This document shows positions 1 to 6,897 of a stretch of 64,000 nucleotides of DNA, piece after piece (within the stretch, counting starts at the first letter, position 1; each line of letters begins with the position of its first letter). The translations under genes were made by a program, and so were the position numbers. Origin of the DNA: Gemmatimonadales bacterium (GTDB lineage Bacteria; Gemmatimonadota; Gemmatimonadetes; Gemmatimonadales; GWC2-71-9); assembly GCA_025927545.1 (NCBI GenBank), contig JAICLE010000001.1, forward strand, positions 70,313 to 134,312, read 5' to 3'. The notes below the pieces were generated by a model, which had not been told where the DNA came from, did not search any database, and was given only the letters and a program-made list of their open reading frames with translations.

Positions 1-1
1 C

Positions 2-760
2 GCCTTCATCACCGTCAACGACATCGGGGGCGCCCCGGTGGACCTGACCGTCGGTCAGTTCCAGGTCTCGGACCCGATGTTCAAGCGGGAGCTGCGGCTC
101 GAGTTCGAGGACTATGCGATCTACCGGGCGCGGATGGGCGACTCACCCGTGGATCTCACCTACGACCGTGGGTTCGTGGCCAGCGCCGACGTGCTCGGCT
201 TCGGCGTGACGGGGCAGGTCGTCAACGGGAACGGCCGCGGCGCAGCGCAAGCCAATCGCAAGTTCGACAGCGACTTCGGCAAGAATTTCGCCCTCCACCT
301 CACCCGTGATCTGACGCGGGGGGTGCGGGTCGGCGGGTTCGGCTATCTCGGGCGCACCACCGCCGACGAGATCGAAAACCAGACGACGATGCTCGGGCTC
401 GACGCCACCCTGGAGCACGGTCCGCTCGAGGTGAACCTGCAGTACCTCCACCGCAACGACGACCGGCCCACCTTCACGTTCGCCAGCCAGCGAACCGACG
501 TGGATGGCGGCCTCGCGGAGCTCGTGGTGCGCCCCATGCGATCGCGCTGGCACGGGTTCGCGCTGTACAACCTGGTCACCGCCGACGCGCCCATCCTGAG
601 TGTGCGCCTGGGCGAGTTGGGCCCGCTTCGCCGCTACGAGACCTTGACCGGCGGAGTGGGTTACCTCGTGCGCCGGAACTTCCGGCTCACCGGGGAGGCG
701 ACGCAGGACCTGATGCAGGGGGGCACGCGCTGGACGCTGGGCTTCGTGTCCGCGTTCTAG
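2..760 (+). CDS. outer-membrane beta-barrel (porin-like) protein, 5' end outside window
   Basis: The reading frame is open to the window edge, with no stop upstream of the listed GTG at 38. It has alternating beta-strand-like sequence and a C-terminal ...WTLGFVSAF ending in Phe, typical of OM beta-barrels. No specific family recognised. Confidence 0.55.
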   Translation, partial: AFITVNDIGGAPVDLTVGQFQVSDPMFKRELRLEFEDYAIYRARMGDSPVDLTYDRGFVASADVLGFGVTGQVVNGNGRGAAQANRKFDSDFGKNFALHLTRDLTRGVRVGGFGYLGRTTADEIENQTTMLGLDATLEHGPLEVNLQYLHRNDDRPTFTFASQRTDVDGGLAELVVRPMRSRWHGFALYNLVTADAPILSVRLGELGPLRRYETLTGGVGYLVRRNFRLTGEATQDLMQGGTRWTLGFVSAF

Positions 761-769
761 CTCGCTGCG

Positions 770-1294
770 TCAGCGGATCTCCAGCCGATACATCGCGTGG
801 CACGCGTTGCAGCGGCCGGTGATCCGTCCGAGCCCCGCGAGGATCGCGGCGGCATCCGGTCCGACGGCCGGCAGCGAGTCGAACGCGCGGTGAGTGTCGA
901 GCGCGAGCGCCATCCAGTCAGCCGGGAGCAGGGCCTCGAGCTCGGGGTCCGCGGCCATCGCCATCCCCGCCGGTCGGGCGGCGATCCGGACGGCGGCGGA
1001 GTCGCCTCTGGCGCCGGCCACGAGCACCCCCTGAACCGACTGGAGCATGATCCGCATCTCGGCCAGGACCGCCTCCCGAGCCGCGTTCGGCAGCGTCAGG
1101 GTGCGGCGGGGTGGAACCGGAGTACCGGGTGACGCGGAGTCAGCGGCGGCTGATGAGGCATGCGCATGAGTCCCGGCGTGGGCTGGCGAAGCCGCCTCTG
1201 CGCGGCGGCGCGTGGACAGCCCAATAGACCAGACCACATTCGCGGCCGTCCACAGTACCAGGCCCACGAGGACTGCCGTCTTGCCAAGGGACAT
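770..1294 (-). CDS. membrane-anchored class II c-type cytochrome (cytochrome c'/c556-like)
   Basis: 174-aa ORF with a GAGGAA RBS upstream of the ATG at 1294. It has an N-terminal hydrophobic anchor (AVLVGLVLWTAANVVWSIGL), a His/Ala/Pro-rich linker (PAHAGTHAHAS), and a helical domain ending CNACHAMYR. That is the C-terminal CxxCH..YR signature of class II cytochromes c. Confidence 0.55.
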   Translation of the reverse strand: MSLGKTAVLVGLVLWTAANVVWSIGLSTRRRAEAASPAHAGTHAHASSAAADSASPGTPVPPRRTLTLPNAAREAVLAEMRIMLQSVQGVLVAGARGDSAAVRIAARPAGMAMAADPELEALLPADWMALALDTHRAFDSLPAVGPDAAAILAGLGRITGRCNACHAMYRLEIR

Positions 1295-1382
1295 ACGTTC
1301 CTCGGGTCGAGTGCCAAGCCGAATATCGGCCGGCTTCTCCCGCTCATCAAGCGCGCTCGGAAAGTCTCGCGCAGGAGCCCTA

Positions 1383-1414
1383 TTGACTCTCTACCATGGT
1401 ATAGGGTGTATCCT
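1383..1414 (+). promoter_or_regulatory. MerR-family type promoter (long 20-bp spacer with internal dyad)
   Basis: TTGACT (1383-1388), 20 bp, TATCCT (1409-1414). The spacer carries the imperfect dyad ACTCTCTACCA|TGGTATAGGGT around CCATGG (9 of 11 positions pair). It lies 97 nt upstream of the MerR-like gene on the same strand. Confidence 0.5.
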
Positions 1415-1510
1415 GCCTTCACGTGAGGACCGAACCTCACTGGGGCCACCCGATGTGGACCTCACGACGTGGGAGATCACATGCGCCGACCAGCATCCGC
1501 CCACCCCGCC

Positions 1511-1960
1511 ATGACCGTCGGTCAGCTCGCGCGCCGGGCGGGCGTGGGGGTCCAGACGGTCCGCTATTACGAGCGGCGGCACCTGCTTCCGACCGCGGCC
1601 CGCCGCGCCTCGGGCTACCGGGAGTTCAGTCCGGCGGCGCTCGACCGGGTTCGCTTCATCCGGCGGGCGCAGGAGCTGGGCTTTACCCTGTCCGAAATCG
1701 CCGAGCTGCTCGCGCTCCGGCTCGATCCGCATACCACTGCGGCCGAGGTCAAGGCGCGAGCCGGGCAGAAGATCGACGAGATCGACGGAAAGATCCGCGA
1801 CCTCGAGCGGATCCGGCACGGGCTGACCCACCTGGCCGGGCGTTGTCGCGGCGGCCGCGGCCCCACGGGAGATTGCCCGCTGCTCGAGGCGCTCGGGCCA
1901 CTGAGCGGCGGAGCCGGGCACGAATCGGATCACCCCGTCACATCCAATCCGGGAGATTGA
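1511..1960 (+). CDS. MerR family transcriptional regulator, CueR-like metal-binding loop
   Basis: HTH MTVGQLARRAGVGVQTVRYYERRHLL, followed by a dimerisation helix and a C-terminal CRGGRGPTGDCPLLEAL loop (C-x9-C then PLLEAL, compare the CueR C-x7-C-PIIENL loop). Start placed at ATG 1511, just before the HTH; the ORF opens at 1469. Confidence 0.85.
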   Translation: MTVGQLARRAGVGVQTVRYYERRHLLPTAARRASGYREFSPAALDRVRFIRRAQELGFTLSEIAELLALRLDPHTTAAEVKARAGQKIDEIDGKIRDLERIRHGLTHLAGRCRGGRGPTGDCPLLEALGPLSGGAGHESDHPVTSNPGD

Positions 1961-1962
1961 CC

Positions 1963-2205
1963 ATGCCGACCACCGAACGCGAGCTGGACTGCACCTCCAC
2001 CGTACACGAGCTCATCGAGCAGCATCCTGCCACCCGAGCGGTTTTCCAGCGCTTGGGCATCGACACCTGCTGCGGCTCGGCCGTCAGCGTTCAGGAGGCT
2101 GCACAGCGAGACGGTCTCGATCCCAACCGGCTGTGCGGCGAGCTCAGGGCGGCGGTCGAGGCCGAGGGGAGCCCCATCGGATACCGAGCAATTCCGTCGG
2201 ATTGA
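1963..2205 (+). CDS. stand-alone ScdA_N / DUF542 domain protein (N-terminal domain of RIC iron-centre repair proteins)
   Basis: 80 aa. TVHELIEQHPATRAVFQRLGIDTCCGSAVSVQEAA matches the DUF542 pattern with its CCG motif. GGGAGA RBS lies 7 nt upstream, and the ATG is 2 nt after the merR-like stop. Confidence 0.75.
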   Translation: MPTTERELDCTSTVHELIEQHPATRAVFQRLGIDTCCGSAVSVQEAAQRDGLDPNRLCGELRAAVEAEGSPIGYRAIPSD

Positions 2206-2282
2206 GACAACCGTCACGCCGGTGCCGCGCGGAAGGCGCGATCGTTGGATTCAGTGAAGTGAATGGGGGCAAGGTGCGCGAA

Positions 2283-3398
2283 ATGGCAACTGCAGATTTC
2301 GAGTCGCCGGAAGCCACGGATGCCGGTGAGCTCACCGGCGAACGGGTCCGCGAGGTGTTGGCCACGGTCCGCTACCCGGGGCTCAGCCGGGATCTCGTCT
2401 CCTTCGGGATGGTGGAGCACGTGAGCGTCTGCGATCGGCGGGTGAAAGTACGGCTCGCGATCGCCACCCGCGATCCGGGCATCCCCGCGCAGCTCCGAAC
2501 CCGCATTGCCGACGCGCTCCTCCCACTGGGCGCCGCGACCGTTGCGGTCGAGATCGCACCGCCGAGCACGACGCCGAAGCCCACCGCGCGCGGCACGCCG
2601 GACCCATGGGCGGAGCAGGTCCGGCTCGCCGCGGTGCGGCACGTGGTGGCGGTCGGTGCGGGCAAGGGCGGCGTGGGGAAGAGCACGGTCGCGGCAAATC
2701 TGGCGCTGCTGCTGGCCCGCGAGGGACTGCGCGCGGGCCTGCTGGACGCCGACATCTATGGTCCGAGCCTGCCGTTGCTGCTGGGCATCGAGGACGGTGC
2801 CGGGCGCGTCCGGATGACGCCCGACAAGCACATCCTGCCGCTCGAGGCGCACGGGCTCCCGCTCATCAGCTTCGGCTTCTTTCTGGGCGAAGGCTCGCCC
2901 GCGATCTGGCGCGGACCGATGGTCTCCAAGGCGGTGAAGCAGTTCTCGCGCGGCGTGGCGTGGCCCGAACTCGACGTGCTGATCGTGGACCTCCCACCCG
3001 GTACGGGGGACATCCCGCTCAGCCTGGCGCAGGCCGTCGTGCTGTCCGGCGCGGTCGTGGTCACGCAGCCGGCCCGGGTGGCCACCGCGGAGGCGCGGAA
3101 GGCCGCCCAGATGTTCCAAACCCTGGAGGTGCCGGTACTCGGTATCGTGGAGAACATGGCCGGAGCGTTCGGGCACGGAGCAGGCGCGGCGATCGCCGCC
3201 GAGCTGGCGGTGCCCTTTCTCGGCTCGGTCCCGTTCGACGAGGGCATGGTGGCGGAAGGAGACGCCGGGATCCCGACGGCGCTCGCACGGCCGCGCAGCG
3301 AGGCCGCCCTGGCGATGGAGGTCGTCGCACACGCCGTCGCCTCGGCGCTGGGGTGGCAGCACGTGGCCGACGGGTCGGCCCCCGGGGCCGAGCGGTGA
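2283..3398 (+). CDS. apbC: Mrp/NBP35 (ApbC) family Fe-S cluster carrier ATPase with N-terminal DUF59-like domain
   Basis: Deviant Walker A GKGGVGKSTVAANLA, followed by DADIYGPSLP, and an N-terminal VREVLATVRYPGLSRDLVSFGMV region. The start could instead be GTG 2274. Confidence 0.9.
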   Translation: MATADFESPEATDAGELTGERVREVLATVRYPGLSRDLVSFGMVEHVSVCDRRVKVRLAIATRDPGIPAQLRTRIADALLPLGAATVAVEIAPPSTTPKPTARGTPDPWAEQVRLAAVRHVVAVGAGKGGVGKSTVAANLALLLAREGLRAGLLDADIYGPSLPLLLGIEDGAGRVRMTPDKHILPLEAHGLPLISFGFFLGEGSPAIWRGPMVSKAVKQFSRGVAWPELDVLIVDLPPGTGDIPLSLAQAVVLSGAVVVTQPARVATAEARKAAQMFQTLEVPVLGIVENMAGAFGHGAGAAIAAELAVPFLGSVPFDEGMVAEGDAGIPTALARPRSEAALAMEVVAHAVASALGWQHVADGSAPGAER

Positions 3399-4717
3399 CG
3401 CCGGCAGCGCCTGCGGCGCCTACTCGACCGGCCTTCACGCCGGGGCCGGGCGCGCCGGGCGGGCTCGCGCCCGCCCCGGGGTCCATCCGCCTGGCCGCCG
3501 AGCACTTCGTTGCCGCGGCGATCTACCTGCTGGCCGGCGCGCTCGGACTCCTCTGGGTGGCGCCGGAGCTCGCGGGCGGCGCATACCTCTCGCCCCATGT
3601 GGCCGGAGTCACCCACCTCTTCACCCTCGGCTGGCTCACGATGACGGCATTCGGGGCGCTCTGCCAGCTCCTGCCGGTGGCACTGGGCACGCCGGTGCGC
3701 TCGACCCGTCTGGCCCACGCGGGCTTCTGGGCGTTCGCGCCCGGCGTCGGCCTGTTCGCGGCGGGCGTTGCGACCAGCCAGGTGGCGCTGCACCACCTCG
3801 GGATCCTTCTGGTGGCCATCGGCATTCTGCTCGTGCTGTCGAATGTCGGCGGGGCGCTCCCGCGCGCTCGGACGCGAGACGTGACCTGGGCCGCGATCGC
3901 GCTGGCGCTCGGGTTCCTCGCATCCACCCTCGTGCTGGGGATCATCCTGCTCCACAACCTGCACACCGGCTTCATCGCCGGCGCACGGGACCGGGTGCTG
4001 GCGACGCACCTCCACGTCGCGATCGTGGGATGGCTGCTCATGATGATCGTGGGTGTGTCCCATCGGCTGCTGCCGATGTTCCTCCTGTCGCACGGTGCGG
4101 ACACGTCGTGGACCCGGCGCGCGCTCGCGCTGCTGGCCTCCGGCGTCGTGGTCCTCGGCACGGGTCTCACCTTGCAGCAGCCCGCGGCGGCCTGGGCGGG
4201 CGCGCTGCTGCTGCTGGGCGGGCTGGGGTGCTTTCTCCGCCAGGCCTGCGGGTTCTATCGGGCGCGGGTCCGGAAGAAGCTCGATGTGGGCATGCGGTTC
4301 GTCGCCACCGCGCTCGGGTTTCTCACGACGAGCGCCCTCCTGGGCGTGGCAGTGCTGGCAACCGGCGGCTCGGCGCCGCGGCTGGCCACCGCCTACGTGA
4401 TCGCCGGCCTTCTCGGAGGGATCGTGCTCTACGTCATCGGATTCTTCTACAAGATCGTGCCGCTCCTCGCCTGGACCGCGCGCTTCCGCGGCCGGATGGG
4501 AAAGGAGCCGGTGCCGACAGTCGCGCAGCTCTACTCCGCGCGGCTGGGCTACGTGCAGCTCGGGCTCATGGCCGGAGGAGTGGCGATTCTGGCGGCGGGC
4601 ACCGCCGCGGGCTCGGCGCACGCCGCCCGCTGTGGCGCGGTCCTCTTCCTGGGCGGAGTGCTCGTGTTCCTGGCCCAGCTCGGCCGCGTCGCCCGAGGGC
4701 GGGGAGCGGCGGCATGA
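3395..4717 (+). CDS. uncharacterised 12-TM His-rich membrane protein with three-fold internal repeat
   Basis: The GTG start overlaps the apbC stop (GTGA at 3395-3398). About 12 hydrophobic helices. A motif repeats in helices 2, 6 and 10: THLFTLGWLTMTAFGALCQLLPV / THLHVAIVGWLLMMIVGVSHRLLPMF / AYVIAGLLGGIVLYVIGFFYKIVPLL. The part of the 2606-4717 ORF upstream of 3395 is a shadow over apbC. Confidence 0.7.
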   Translation: MTPAAPAAPTRPAFTPGPGAPGGLAPAPGSIRLAAEHFVAAAIYLLAGALGLLWVAPELAGGAYLSPHVAGVTHLFTLGWLTMTAFGALCQLLPVALGTPVRSTRLAHAGFWAFAPGVGLFAAGVATSQVALHHLGILLVAIGILLVLSNVGGALPRARTRDVTWAAIALALGFLASTLVLGIILLHNLHTGFIAGARDRVLATHLHVAIVGWLLMMIVGVSHRLLPMFLLSHGADTSWTRRALALLASGVVVLGTGLTLQQPAAAWAGALLLLGGLGCFLRQACGFYRARVRKKLDVGMRFVATALGFLTTSALLGVAVLATGGSAPRLATAYVIAGLLGGIVLYVIGFFYKIVPLLAWTARFRGRMGKEPVPTVAQLYSARLGYVQLGLMAGGVAILAAGTAAGSAHAARCGAVLFLGGVLVFLAQLGRVARGRGAAA

Positions 4718-5583
4718 GCGGCGGCATCGGAGTCCGGCCGGTAGCGGCCGGCGATCGGGTCAGTGACGTGCTCGCGCGCGACGAGGCGCTGGTGGAAGTG
4801 TTCGTGCGCCAGTCGCACCACTTCACCAAGTTGCGCAACCGTACCATGCGCAAGGTCATGGCGCGGCTCGTCACCGTGGAGGATGCGGCCCGGATCGCGG
4901 GCGCCGACGCGGCGGCCCTCGTCGGGGAGCTCAACGCGGCGTTGGGGATCGTGTCGGATTCCGGGGCGCCCAGCGGCGTCGCCGACGAGGCGCGCGCCCT
5001 CCGTCCCGAAGCTTCGCCGGCAAGCGCGGCCCCCGGACGCCCCAGCGGCGCGAGGGTCATGGAGATCGATGTGCGGGAGGATCTCCGCGCCGGCCGAGAG
5101 CCATTCTCCAGGATCATCGCGGCCGTCCAAGCGGCAGGCGCCGGCGAGGTGCTGTGGCTCCGCGCGACGTTCGAGCCGGTGCCGCTCTACACCGTGCTCG
5201 CCAAGCGTGGATTCGTGCACGAGGCGAGAGCGGAGGGCCCGGAGGACTGGTCGGTCTGGTTCTGGCGGCCGGAGACGTCCGGGGGACAGCCGGCCGCCGC
5301 GGCGCCGCCGGCGGAGGCGGCCGATACGGAAGCTGCTTCGGAGGCTCCGCGAGAACCAGCCACCGCAACCGTCCGCCTCGACGTGCGCGGCCTCGAGCCG
5401 CCGGAGCCGATGGTCCGCACTCTCGCGGCACTGGAGACGCTGCCGGAGGGCCACACATTGGTGCAGATCAACGTGCGGGTGCCGCAGTTCCTGCTGCCGA
5501 TCCTCGCTGAGCGCGGCTATGCGTGGGAGGTGGACGAATCGCCTGCCGAGCACGTCGTCGTTCGGATCCGGCGGCGCACTTGA
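4714..5583 (+). CDS. DUF1858-like domain fused to two DUF2249-like (TusA/SirA-fold) domains
   Basis: The ATG overlaps the stop of the membrane gene (ATGA at 4714-4717). N-terminal VSDVLARDEALVEVFVRQSHHFTKLRNRTMRKVMARLVTVEDAARIAG is DUF1858-like. It is followed by MEIDVREDLRAGREPFSRII... and VRLDVRGLEPPEPMVRTLAALETLPEGHTLVQIN..., which are DUF2249-like repeats. Confidence 0.7.
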   Translation: MSGGIGVRPVAAGDRVSDVLARDEALVEVFVRQSHHFTKLRNRTMRKVMARLVTVEDAARIAGADAAALVGELNAALGIVSDSGAPSGVADEARALRPEASPASAAPGRPSGARVMEIDVREDLRAGREPFSRIIAAVQAAGAGEVLWLRATFEPVPLYTVLAKRGFVHEARAEGPEDWSVWFWRPETSGGQPAAAAPPAEAADTEAASEAPREPATATVRLDVRGLEPPEPMVRTLAALETLPEGHTLVQINVRVPQFLLPILAERGYAWEVDESPAEHVVVRIRRRT

Positions 5584-5701
5584 TCGGATCTTCACCCCGA
5601 GCGCGAGCGAGAGACCCAATCATCCGTTCCGGACGCACCGGCGGGAAGGCTGGGTGTCCAGCCACGCGATCATCATCCATCTCAAACCGGAGAATCAACC
5701 C

Positions 5702-5935
5702 ATGACCCCACAGACCCTCGAGCTCGACGTTCGCGCGATTCCGCCGCGGGAGAAGCATCCGTCCATCTTCCGCACGTTCGATGGGCTCTCGAGCGGCCAG
5801 GCGATGGTGATCATCAACGATCACGACCCGCGTCCGCTGCGCTACCAGTTCATGGCCGAGCGGGCCGACAGCTTCGACTGGCAGTACGAGGCGGAAGGGC
5901 CGGAGATCTGGCGGGTGCGCATCAGCCGGCGCTGA
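5702..5935 (+). CDS. DUF2249 domain protein
   Basis: 77 aa. LELDVRAIPPREKHPSIFRTFDGLSSGQAMVIINDHDPRPLRYQF...GPEIWRVRISRR follows the canonical DUF2249 pattern. GGAG RBS is 9 nt upstream. Confidence 0.8.
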   Translation: MTPQTLELDVRAIPPREKHPSIFRTFDGLSSGQAMVIINDHDPRPLRYQFMAERADSFDWQYEAEGPEIWRVRISRR

Positions 5936-5981
5936 GCACGAATTCCGGTTGACGCTGGGCGGAAGTGGCCTTCACTCGGTT

Positions 5982-6026
5982 GTCATCCTGAGGGTCCCTG
6001 AGCGCAGCGAAGGGGCCTGAAGGATC
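5982..6026. repeat. short hairpin-forming intergenic repeat (expanded copy), related to 26862-26886
   Basis: GTCATCCTGAG-GGTCCCTGAG-CGCAGCGAAGG-GGCCTGAAGGATC shares the TCATCCTGAG...GCGAAGGAT core with the second copy. It lies in the 202-nt gap between the DUF2249 and crp/fnr genes. Confidence 0.45.
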
Positions 6027-6137
6027 TACTCCGCCGGCGTCCGACCCATTCCCGGGCAAGTTCCCTCGCGTCCCCCCGGGAGGACAGTGCGAGGCATCGG
6101 GATGACTGAATTGGCTGAGCGACAAACCCGAAGCCCA

Positions 6138-6869
6138 TCAGCCGCCGTCTTCTTCATACCGCGGCCGCTCGCCGGGCCGCGCGAGGGTGCGGAGCTGCCC
6201 CACGTCGGGCAGCAGCAGACGGCGGCGGCCCTGCTCGATCACGAGCCCCTTCTCGCGGAGCTGCTTGAACGCGCGGGAGACGGATTCGCGAGCCGTGCCC
6301 AACTCGACCGACAGCGCCTCGCGCGTGCGGTCGAGCGTGACCACCACGCCGTCGGCGCTCTCGGTGCCGGTGCGATCGGCCAGGGCCGCCAGATAGAGCG
6401 CCAGCCGGGCGGCCACGTCGCGGAACGCGAGCGTCTGGGTGAGCTGGACCAGGTGGCGAAGGCGGCGCCCGAGGTCGCGGATGATCGCCGCGGCGACATC
6501 GGGGTCCGTGCGGTAGAGCGCCTCGAACTCGGCGCGGGGGACGAACAGCAGCACGCTCGGCTCCTCCGTGATGGCGGAGGCGGGGTAGGGGCCGCCGTCG
6601 AACAGCGGCAGCTCGGCCACGGGCTGGCCGGGACCCTCGGTGTGGAGCACCTGCTCGCGGCCGGAAGGACTTGCGCGGTAGATCCGGACGCGCCCGGAAG
6701 CGATGACGTAGAGGCCGCGGTACGGTTCGCCCGCGGTGAAGAGCAGGGAGCCGGCGGGATGACTGCGGAGCACGCTCCGCTGGGCCAGCCGGCGGAGCGC
6801 GGCCGGCTCGAACGCGGCGAAGAGGGGGAGCCGCTGCAGCAGGGCGACGGGATCGCCGGCGGGTGACAT
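6138..6869 (-). CDS. Crp/Fnr family transcriptional regulator (no N-terminal Cys cluster; Dnr/NnrR-like class)
   Basis: cNMP-binding-like beta-roll (LFTAGEPYRGLYVIASGRVRIYRASPSGREQVL) and a C-terminal HTH (TREALSVELGTARESVSRAFKQLREKGLV). Start at ATG 6869; the ORF extension to 7244 is Ser/Thr/Pro-rich with no recognisable domain and runs over the opposite-strand DUF59 gene. Confidence 0.85.
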   Translation of the reverse strand: MSPAGDPVALLQRLPLFAAFEPAALRRLAQRSVLRSHPAGSLLFTAGEPYRGLYVIASGRVRIYRASPSGREQVLHTEGPGQPVAELPLFDGGPYPASAITEEPSVLLFVPRAEFEALYRTDPDVAAAIIRDLGRRLRHLVQLTQTLAFRDVAARLALYLAALADRTGTESADGVVVTLDRTREALSVELGTARESVSRAFKQLREKGLVIEQGRRRLLLPDVGQLRTLARPGERPRYEEDGG

Positions 6870-6897
6870 GGTGCGCAATCTATCCGGGGAGGTTTCG

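Noticed and set aside
2606-3394. 5' part of the 703-aa ORF 2606-4717
   Set aside because: It overlaps apbC in another frame and is Arg/Gly-rich nonsense. The hydrophobic protein begins only at the GTG at 3395, which overlaps the apbC stop.
5580-5593. Possible FNR/Dnr box (TTGATCGGATCTTC) between the DUF1858 fusion and DUF2249 genes
   Set aside because: Only the left half matches TTGAT-N4-ATCAA; the right half is 3 of 5. I found no good box in 1295-1510 or 6870-6897 either, so no Crp/Fnr operator is claimed.
5922-6125. 67-aa minus-strand ORF in the DUF2249-crp gap
   Set aside because: It runs across the hairpin repeat, has no RBS and gives a Pro/Gly/Ser-rich product. It is more likely a by-product of the repeat element.
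6868-6897. Upstream ATG 6868 as the start of the DUF59 gene
   Set aside because: It would overlap the crp/fnr start codon on the opposite strand and has no RBS. ATG 6898 has GGGGAGG at ideal spacing.
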